A program made the translations under genes and the position numbers. A stretch of DNA of 64,000 bases. Origin: Naegleria gruberi. Its lineage: Eukaryota. Below, piece after piece: positions 56,480-64,000 of this stretch. The notes beneath the pieces were generated by a model. That model saw nothing but the letters and a program-made list of their open reading frames with translations. It made no database searches and was not told the DNA's origin. The stretch lies in assembly GCA_000004985.1 (NCBI GenBank), contig GG738910.1, one strand, 5' to 3'. Position 1 is the first letter of the stretch, and each line of letters starts with the position of its first letter.

Positions 56480-58732
56480 TTATTGGATAACACTCTCAGT
56501 CTTGTGTGTAACTGTTACTCCTGCCAACACTTTGGAAACAAATTGATTTTCAAATTCCTTCATTCCTAAATAATGGGTCTTGTAGGTTGGTGTTTGTTTC
56601 AATCGACTGAAAGCTTCAATTAGTTGGAAGGTTACTATACTGGTGAATTTCTTTTTCCATTCAAGATTGTTTGCGACAATTCCCTGATGTTGTGTTGGAG
56701 GAAATTTTGTGGATGATTCCTCAATGACTTGCTCAAGTTTTTTCAAATTAGTTTCAACACTTTCTTTCAATTTGAATGAAGTTGACCCTACATTAATAAT
56801 ATTTTGAATAACATAATATGAGAATGTATCTATCATTTCCTTTTCGGTAAAGCTATTGTTATTGTTAATAAAAAAGTATATTTCCAATAGTTCAGCCCTG
56901 AATTCGGCTGTTAAAAATCTTTTCATAATATCTACACATGGTATTTCATCAATAGTGTTGGCAAAGAACATTTCCATTTCTGATTTCAATTGTTTCAATC
57001 CTTCAAATTCAATTGCTGGTTGGTGATATTCATGCCAGTAGATGAAAAGTAAATAACCTGGCTCGAAACAAACTAGACATACTTCGAATATTGTTTTGGA
57101 AATACCGTACATTGCATATCCAACAATATGGGTGGCTAACATGTTGGAAACTGGTAAAAAGAACTTGGACATATAATTATTATTGATCCAACTAAGTAAA
57201 AAGTACAAAACTCCAGAAATAGCTGTAATAATTACAGTAAAAAATTCAGCATGATATTTAAAAGTATCATCATAAAGGAAATACCACTTGACAACTTGAA
57301 CAAAACTTCCCAATTGTTTGATAATAACTCTATTTGCCAACAAGTACAGAACTGTTGAGCCAAGACTGAGAATAATCATAACAGCAAAGGCTGCAACTGT
57401 TAAATAATCTAAAACGTCATTCTTAATACTAAAATCCTCAATGTCAGACGCCAGATAAATCACAATAATTTCAATTCCAATCACCAAAACAGAACAGATA
57501 ACGTAGGTGAATTTTGAGGATATAAATCTAAACCAAAAAGTTTCCTTCCTTTCAGATTCATAATATTTCTTATAAAACCATCTAGAAAGAAAGTATCTAA
57601 CTGTTTGTAGGGTGTACAGAGAAAATACCAGTATTAAAATGGCAGTCATTACAAGATTCATGTAATAATTGTCAGCTAGTGCCACTACAAAACCAAACCT
57701 CAAAGAACTGGCAATGAAGAATAGAATTGTGGAAAAGTACGGTGAGAAGAATCTCGATTGAATGTATCTATTCTTTCGAGCAATAATGAGCATTATGAGA
57801 AGACCTACACAAACAAGGGCTACAATAAGACATGATATACCCTTCCATATATTATACAGTGGTCTGGTTTGGAAATATGCAGAATCACAGTCCGATTCCC
57901 ATCCATGTGATTGAATCAATTTGAATGTTTGTGACATCTCAAATTGCTGTTCCTCTAGTATAAATGATCTTGAATAAGATTGATTGTTAGAATATTTTAC
58001 AAACTCCTGTAGTCCAATACTCCTCTTAAAAACTACTTGTACCATTGTTTCATTGTCCAAACCAGGTAGTAAGGTACTGTTGATTCTGAGATTGGTCATC
58101 AACTGGAGTGGAGTAAAGGTCAATTGTTCTTCCTCGTGTGTATACCTACTAGTGTTGGAACCAAATATAACATTCTCCAACTGAGACGGCTCACACTTTT
58201 CCCAATATGTCTCATTCTTAAATTTAACACACGTTGAATATGAATACCCTCCAAATGTATCATAATTTCTCGGCTCATACACAATATGATTACAGAAAAA
58301 GTAATAAGGAACATTAATAAACATTCCCTTTGGTGTGAATGAAGGAGATTTTGCTGCTCCCGATACTATAAACGAAAATCCTTGACAAATGAATATTCTA
58401 TCAATGGTTGATGAGTAAAGTCTGAAATCCATACTCGTCAAATTTGTTCCTGTTGTTGAATGGGACATGTCCCACTCTACTCTTACTTGACCATTCACCA
58501 TACAATTTCTATTGCCATCTCTAGCCTCCACTCCTACAATAAAACCCTTACTATTACCAATCAGCCCTCCAATTATTATTATATATATTAAATAACTAAA
58601 TATCCAATTATTATTATTATTATTACAATTATTATTCTGCTCAATATCATCATCACCATGCCTCTCATTATTATTATTTACTTCTATTCTACATTTAAAA
58701 TTCTTCTTATTATGATAAGTATGATAACACAT
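56480..58732 (-). CDS. seven-transmembrane receptor-like protein with C-terminal RGS domain (7TM-RGS) and large Cys-containing N-terminal ectodomain
   Basis: Seven hydrophobic helices between ISCLIVALVCVGLLIMLI and THIVGYAMYGISKTIFEVCLVCF, followed by an RGS-like block (MEMFFANTIDEIPCVDIMKRFLTAEFRAELLEIYFFIN...FTEKEMIDTF). Real ATG; poly-Asn N-terminus. Confidence 0.75.
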   Translation of the reverse strand: MCYHTYHNKKNFKCRIEVNNNNERHGDDDIEQNNNCNNNNNNWIFSYLIYIIIIGGLIGNSKGFIVGVEARDGNRNCMVNGQVRVEWDMSHSTTGTNLTSMDFRLYSSTIDRIFICQGFSFIVSGAAKSPSFTPKGMFINVPYYFFCNHIVYEPRNYDTFGGYSYSTCVKFKNETYWEKCEPSQLENVIFGSNTSRYTHEEEQLTFTPLQLMTNLRINSTLLPGLDNETMVQVVFKRSIGLQEFVKYSNNQSYSRSFILEEQQFEMSQTFKLIQSHGWESDCDSAYFQTRPLYNIWKGISCLIVALVCVGLLIMLIIARKNRYIQSRFFSPYFSTILFFIASSLRFGFVVALADNYYMNLVMTAILILVFSLYTLQTVRYFLSRWFYKKYYESERKETFWFRFISSKFTYVICSVLVIGIEIIVIYLASDIEDFSIKNDVLDYLTVAAFAVMIILSLGSTVLYLLANRVIIKQLGSFVQVVKWYFLYDDTFKYHAEFFTVIITAISGVLYFLLSWINNNYMSKFFLPVSNMLATHIVGYAMYGISKTIFEVCLVCFEPGYLLFIYWHEYHQPAIEFEGLKQLKSEMEMFFANTIDEIPCVDIMKRFLTAEFRAELLEIYFFINNNNSFTEKEMIDTFSYYVIQNIINVGSTSFKLKESVETNLKKLEQVIEESSTKFPPTQHQGIVANNLEWKKKFTSIVTFQLIEAFSRLKQTPTYKTHYLGMKEFENQFVSKVLAGVTVTHKTESVIQ

Positions 58733-58889
58733 GCTGAATATTATTATTCTTATTAATGATGACTATTCAGTGTTTCAAATAGAATGGTTGTTCATTCAGG
58801 ACTGTAGTGAGCGCTTTTTTGTTGTGCATGTTTTGGTGGTGAGGCTGTGGACTTTTTCGGTCTCCAGTGGTTTGTTTTTGTTGGTAATA

Positions 58890-59868
58890 TTTGGCGCCAC
58901 GAGTTGTTTTTCTGTGGTTGATCTTGACCAGTAGGGTTTGTTGTTGTTTGATTAGAGTTTCAATTTAGAAAATAGCTTTAAATTCATCACGGAATTGTTG
59001 AAGAGGAGGTTGAGCATTTTCTTTTGATGTTTGAATTTGATTGAATGAGACTATTGGCAGAAATCGATCAAGTTGAATTGACTACTTAACAAATGGAATC
59101 AACTTTAAAGATTTCCCTCCTAGTATAGCAATCTATTGGAGCGTGAAAGAGGCTGCTTCATTGTACCCATGTTCAAGCAATTAAGTTTCTTAATATTTCT
59201 CTGAACCATCCTCAAAACTCCTTAATTCTCCTGGATAGTGGAGTTTGATCAATCGTACAAGGATTACTCCCTTAATATAGCTCTGCATTTCCATCCCAAT
59301 TTGGCGCCAATAACAGTAAAAAAAATGGCGCCAACAAGTAGAGTTCCATTAACTCTTCAGACAAAAACTTTCGAGTTACCATCATACAATGATTGTATCA
59401 ATATTATTCCAGAAAGTCTACTACAATGTTCTTTTAAGTGTTTGTATTAAATCTCAACAACCATCAAAAAGTCTCAACATTTTTCCTTTCTCACCAATTC
59501 AATGAAGAGATTTTCCCAAATATTCAAAATAGAAAAAATCTATTAATAATCTTATTGTTTAGAATTGTTTCCAACACGTCACATAACATGACCATTTGTG
59601 ACATTTTTAATGTTTGATTGCTTTGTAAACTTTCAAGAATCCATTAATAGTGAGACAGAGATGAAAATATTCAATATCAACAACGTTACTAACAAAGCCA
59701 TTGCTTTATCCCACTTTCCAATGGCTCACCACCACAACAATATTATGAACAACTCTCTCAGGCACAATACCGTATTTCAGCTGTACTTCCCACCAAAATC
59801 ATCATCGCTACAAGGATGCCTTCAATTTGATAATGTGTGTTCTACTTCTCATCTAATAAGGCGCCACT
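58890..59868. promoter_or_regulatory. divergent intergenic region with four GGCGCC-core palindromes resembling E2F sites (TTTGGCGCC at ~58890, TTTGGCGCCAA at ~59300, ATGGCGCCAAC at ~59326, AAGGCGCCAC at ~59859; coordinates approximate)
   Basis: TTTGGCGCCAA is the classical palindromic E2F element. GC hexamers are rare in this AT-rich intergenic DNA. The region lies between the 7TM-RGS gene and the cyclin gene. Confidence 0.3.
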
Positions 59869-60023
59869 GGAACCTGCTAATGTGTAGCCAACGATTCGAG
59901 TACGTGTTGACAAACGTGGCTGAGTGCGAAGTTGTTTCTGAAAGGAGAAGGGGATCGCAACAACTTTGCTGTTGGTCATCATTTAAAAAAAAAATTGCCG
60001 TACAATTTTATCCGCAAAGTACA

Positions 60024-61108
60024 ATGGCAAGACAACAACGAACCAATTCTTCGAAACAGGGAGGACGCAGAAGAAGATATTCCAATGATGGGGACTCGAG
60101 AGAGGAATATAGCAGCACTACAACAACAACAAATAATGGTGTTGCTCATACTAATAACACTACTTCAGTTGCTGCTGCTGTGAGTTCTCAAGCTTATTCT
60201 TCTAAAAAGTCTGAAGATTGTAAGGGAACTTCTCCTGCAAGAGATGTTGGCGTTGTTCAAAATAACAATTCCACTATTAATAATAATAACAATAATACTA
60301 CCACCACTACTTCCCAATCATCATCAATTCCTTCCTCTACAACAAATTCTTCAACCACCTCCACTACTTCTAAAGATGAAGTTATCCCAGCTAAACTCTC
60401 CCAAGAAAATTCATATTTTGGATTAAACCAAGATGAATTCATCAATGCCTTCTCTTCTGTAATTCAAGAAATTTCATCACAAGGAGACATGATCCCTATT
60501 GAAGCCCAACAAAAAACACAATTCCACACCTCTCTTCCACCAAGAATATCACTTCGTAAATATTTGGACAGAATTATCAAGTTTGCTTTCTGTTCTGCTG
60601 AATGTTATATTCTCAGGTATGTTGTTTCAACGAAATTCATAATTATTCATCATCTTTCTACAGTCTTGTATATATGGATAGGTTGGTACAATCGAATCCT
60701 AATTTTGTGATTAGCAGCTTGTCTATTCATCGTTTACTCATCACCAGTATTATGGTTGCTGCCAAGTTCTTTGATGACAAGTTCTATAGCAATGAATACT
60801 ATGCCAATATTGGTGGTATCAAGAAGGAGGAAATTAATAAGTTGGAGATTGAATTTCTCTACATGATTAACTTTTCTCTCCACTTCCAACCACCTGAATT
60901 TGAGCAGTATAAGGAAGAGTTTATTGTTGCTCCAGCCCTCAGAGAGAGAGCTCTCAAGAAACGAACAACAGCTGTTGGTTCTTCTAAACAGTACTCTGTG
61001 GGACAATCACATCATAGTTATGGTGATGAAGTGAGCATTGAGGAATCATGTATATCCATATGTTCAGAACAACAACAATATCCACGACATTCGTCTCCCA
61101 TCCATTAA
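60024..61108 (+). CDS. PHO80-like cyclin; join(60024..60616,60664..61108), 47-nt intron GTATGT..CTACAG (start codon choice uncertain; frame open from 59598)
   Basis: Two overlapping track ORFs in different frames are reconciled by the intron: ...KYLDRIIKFAFCSAECYIL|SLVYMDRLVQSNPNFVISSLSIHRLLITSIMVAAKFFDDKFYSNEYYANIGGIKKEEINKLEIEFL. This is the PHO80/cyclin-U box. I chose ATG 60024 (aaagtacaATGG). The upstream part of the ORF is GC-richer with rare codons. Confidence 0.75.
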
Positions 61109-61281
61109 CTTATTTGAATAAATTATTTTCTATAGTTTATTCTACTCTATCCATACCTTTATTCTGCAGCACATGGCAGATAAATTCACTGAATTCGTTA
61201 TCTTCCTCCAACCAAGTGGTGTGAAGAAACTATTTTAAATTATTTAAAATAAAATTAAAATCGAATTCAATCAAATAAAAA

Positions 61282-62094
61282 ATGCAACAAGACAAAGACA
61301 TCACAACACCACCAACAACAACTACATCGGAACAAAAATCATTCAATACAAAAACATGGTCGAAACAGGTGATTAAAAAAACAAGTTATGGAGTAGGAGT
61401 TGGAGCATTGATGGGATTAACATTAGGCTTGCTCAGGAAGAGGTTCAATGCATCCTCTTTTCTCAACAGATGGTCTATTGGAGTGAAACCACTGAGAATG
61501 TCAGAGACCGTAGTGACTACAGGATCCGTGCAACCTCCAACATCCATTTTCAATACGACAGTTGCATTGGCAGGAAATGTAGGCATTAGTTGCTATGTAT
61601 ATTTTAGTGTCGAGGAATACCTACACCTGAGCAACCTTATACCTTCGCAGTTTATTTCACACTTTGTGACTGCATTTGGACTATATTCGAGTATAACATT
61701 TTTCAAAAGGTTAATGCTGTCAAATGCAGGTAATAAGGGATTGGCAGTTCCTTATTATTTATTGAGATCGATGGCAGGTGGATTGGGAGCAGGTACTGCT
61801 GCCATGTCTCTTTCACTATTGGGGCTATACATCGAACACAGAATTCAATTATACAAACTCAAGAATAATCTTACTGCTGATGAATACAGAGAAATGATGG
61901 GAATTTCTAAGGAAGAAGAAGAGAAAACCTTCATGGCTAAAATTGAGGAAAGACTTCCTGTGTGGTTAACTGTCCCATCATCTCAAAACAGAAATGCATT
62001 GGACGAAATTAGAAAGTATCACTCATTGAGGTCAGTTGAGATTACAACTCTGGATAAAAAATCAAAGGAGGAGAAGGAAAATCAAGAAAATTGA
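61282..62094 (+). CDS. small membrane protein with Gly-zipper helices (Tim17/OEP16-family-like; tentative)
   Basis: Real ATG. GVGVGALMGLTLGLL and MAGGLGAGTAAMSLSLLGL are GxxxG-rich helices as in PRAT/Tim17-family proteins. C-terminal charged tail. Confidence 0.4.
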   Translation: MQQDKDITTPPTTTTSEQKSFNTKTWSKQVIKKTSYGVGVGALMGLTLGLLRKRFNASSFLNRWSIGVKPLRMSETVVTTGSVQPPTSIFNTTVALAGNVGISCYVYFSVEEYLHLSNLIPSQFISHFVTAFGLYSSITFFKRLMLSNAGNKGLAVPYYLLRSMAGGLGAGTAAMSLSLLGLYIEHRIQLYKLKNNLTADEYREMMGISKEEEEKTFMAKIEERLPVWLTVPSSQNRNALDEIRKYHSLRSVEITTLDKKSKEEKENQEN

Positions 62095-63206
62095 ATGTTG
62101 CATAACCTTGCAATAAAAACAGATGGTTCTGGAATTTATTCAAGTACTAGGATTGATAACCATCTGTAACAGGAGAACAAGCCACGGTTGGCCAACCATT
62201 TGTGTCACCTTTCGCAAGCTTCGTATCGTTCAATAAATCGTAGAGTGTATAACTCAACGATGGCGACAAGGGAAAACTGAGCTTAATATAGGCATTCAGT
62301 TTTGGTGTTCATCCTTATGTGGAATATACAATCAGACATTTGGTGGTTTTCGAACATTTTTTAATTGCCAAATTCCAAAATGGATACATTTCACGTATTT
62401 GTTAATGTATTATACAGTTACTGACTTATAACCAACTTTATAAGGTCGGTTTTTGGACAGGGAGAAGTCTCCATAATCAAGCCAATTGGAGACATTTAAG
62501 GAAGCAGGAACTGGACAGTGAGATTCTTATCACACCTTGATCTGGCATTGAGTTTTTAAAATTGAGGAACATATCCCAATGTCGTAGATATGAATGACAT
62601 CGCCTTGTCTATTATTGTCAAGGTATTAAGGGTGAAAATAACCTCACTGTAAACATAATGGCACTGATAGATGAATTAATGTTGTGCTATTTGGCTTTTC
62701 TCTAACATGGACTACACAATCACTGTACCATCACCAATTAAATCACTAGATCCTTAATGGACTACCTTAATGCTGAGTTGGAGTCATTGAATATTCTTCA
62801 ATTGATAGCGAATATTCATTCAATTGAAGAAAACACATCGAAAAAAACTCTCAACATAATCCCATCAAGCGAACGTTGGTTGTACACGACTCTTTCCTTA
62901 ATATAACCCTCAAGCGTGAAAAGAACACATTACTGGCATTCCATTAACAGCTTTAATCAAATCTGGCCATCCCCCTTCGTACATATTTTGCACAACACCA
63001 CACAGACACAACTGCTTCCTAGCCACAACACAACAAAAAAAACAACAATAACCTAGCTTAATAGAGAATCTTCCTTATTATCCAAACACAAACACATACA
63101 GCTTGATCAATTGAAAAGCGACAAACAGTGTTTAATTACCTCCCTGTATCATTTCCTTACCACAGAATACATGTTTCCTATCAGACAATTCAATCAACAA
63201 GGGTTG

Positions 63207-64000
63207 ATGAATAGCAATGCTGCTTCCTTTTCCAGTTCAACTACTACCCCAGGTGGCGCTTCTGGAAGTGAATGGACAGGTCGTCCACAAGAGCAAGAAA
63301 TCTTCAATGCCATTTATAATTGCAGCAGCAAGAGCTTGCCTGGATCTCCTTCTCTTGATACCTTCCTTGATAGTGCTCAATTGCAACAATTGGACAACTT
63401 GGCTCGTTGTGAAAAGCAATTCTGTAGAGGAACAACTCCAAGTAATGAAAGCATTGCAGCTCAATGGCTCAATGACTTCTCGAACGTTGGTGAACACCGT
63501 CTCACTCACTTTATCCAATCTCACAGCAACTTGGTTGTATACTTGCCTGATTATCCATATCCTGTGTTTGTATTCAATCTTGGTTATTTGAATAACATTT
63601 GCCAACAAGTGAGCGTCCTGGAGAGTAGAAGAATGTTATCATTGGCTCTTCCACATCTAGAGATTGGAACCTTGCTGAATAGTGAAGTGGTTGTAACCGA
63701 TTTACCATTTGCCAACTCAGCCACCTATCCAACCCTCTACTTGGACATTCCATTGCCAAGCAGTTACAATGGACACTTTAAAAAGTATGTCCCTTCCCCT
63801 GAGACCTTACCTACATTGAAGACCTTGAGAGAGAGCTATGCCTTCCAAAGATCAGTTCCACTCACTCTCGACATTGAACGTGCCTTCAAGTTAGCTCAAG
63901 CAGTTCCATACTTTTTTGGCTCAAAGAGATCGAACCTTGCTACTCAAGTGTTGAGAGAGTGCTACTCTATTGAACCTCACTCAATCTATGTCTATTGTAT
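63207..64000 (+). CDS. 5' part of an unidentified gene running off the window end (264 codons, no stop); strong optimal-codon bias
   Basis: ATGAATAGCAATGCT... open to the last base. It is not in the ORF track because it has no stop. Track ORFs 63217 (+) and 63237 (-) are alternative frames of it. Codon set TTG/AGA/CCA/GGT/TTC/TAC/AAC as in BiP. Confidence 0.5.
   Translation, partial: MNSNAASFSSSTTTPGGASGSEWTGRPQEQEIFNAIYNCSSKSLPGSPSLDTFLDSAQLQQLDNLARCEKQFCRGTTPSNESIAAQWLNDFSNVGEHRLTHFIQSHSNLVVYLPDYPYPVFVFNLGYLNNICQQVSVLESRRMLSLALPHLEIGTLLNSEVVVTDLPFANSATYPTLYLDIPLPSSYNGHFKKYVPSPETLPTLKTLRESYAFQRSVPLTLDIERAFKLAQAVPYFFGSKRSNLATQVLRECYSIEPHSIYVYC

Noticed and set aside
59238-59450. 70-aa ORF in the RGS-cyclin intergenic region
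   Set aside because: It has no sequence features of a real gene, and it overlaps the E2F-like promoter elements.
59957-60000. 11-bp stem hairpin (gcgaagttgtt ... aacaactttgc) upstream of the cyclin ATG
   Set aside because: It is a single imperfect hairpin inside the probable 5' UTR or ORF extension, with no covariation or RNA-gene context. I noted it only as a possible UTR structure.
63217-63608. Overlapping + and - strand ORFs of ~124 aa near the window end
   Set aside because: They are alternative frames of the real, stop-less, codon-biased ORF that starts at 63207 and runs off the window.
1-64000. Initial assignment to a dictyostelid (poly-Asn tracts, short HMGR, EGF repeats)
   Set aside because: The optimal codon set in BiP and other conserved genes (TTG/AAG/AGA/TCT) contradicts the TTA/AAA/CGT/TCA set of Dictyostelium highly expressed genes. 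Intergenic AT content is also much lower than in dictyostelids.

Overview
This window is AT-rich (roughly one-third GC), compact eukaryotic nuclear DNA. It holds about 30 protein-coding genes on both strands, about one per 2 kb. Introns are short (36-150 nt), use GTAAGT/GTATGT/GTACGT donors, and are strongly 5'-biased, with several first exons of only 4-65 nt. One intron carries TACTAAC. Start codons sit in A-rich contexts (aaaaATG). Conserved genes such as BiP use a yeast-like optimal codon set (TTG Leu, AGA Arg, CCA Pro, GGT Gly, AAG Lys). The supplied ORF track clearly accepts TTG/GTG starts (for example 19431, 4919, 25324 and 50970 are not ATG), so I re-derived starts and exon junctions by eye. 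My junction coordinates were frame-checked against ORF-track coordinates; any not checked are marked approximate. Recognisable genes include an HMG-CoA reductase without a membrane domain, BiP (HDEL), Ulp1, an IP-kinase, an ENTH protein, a T7-like mitochondrial RNA polymerase, V-ATPase D, a DENN protein, a GT64+discoidin glycosyltransferase, ARPC2, an NHL protein, a kinase-like protein, a CYTH protein, a DUF4246-like protein, a 7TM-RGS receptor and a PHO80-like cyclin. The most striking feature is a contiguous, same-strand, operon-like cluster at 12.9-22.1 kb. It encodes the complete GDP-mannose to GDP-L-fucose pathway (GMPP, GER/FX, GMD) interleaved with two GT10 alpha-1,3-fucosyltransferase paralogs. 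There is also an inverted ~2 kb segmental duplication (window start vs 42.9-45.1 kb). Its second copy is disrupted and carries an in-frame 465-bp array of EGF-like repeats. A decayed GMD pseudogene fragment lies at ~46.7-47.1 kb, a multiply frameshifted secreted Asn/Gly-repeat gene at 47.1-48.7 kb, and a ~4.3 kb gene-free stretch with retroelement debris at 6.3-10.6 kb. I found no rRNA, tRNA or CRISPR. Lineage is unresolved: splicing and codon features look fungal or yeast-like, but the gene content (GT10 fucosyltransferases, membrane-domain-less HMGR, EGF repeats, 7TM-RGS) does not fit budding yeasts.
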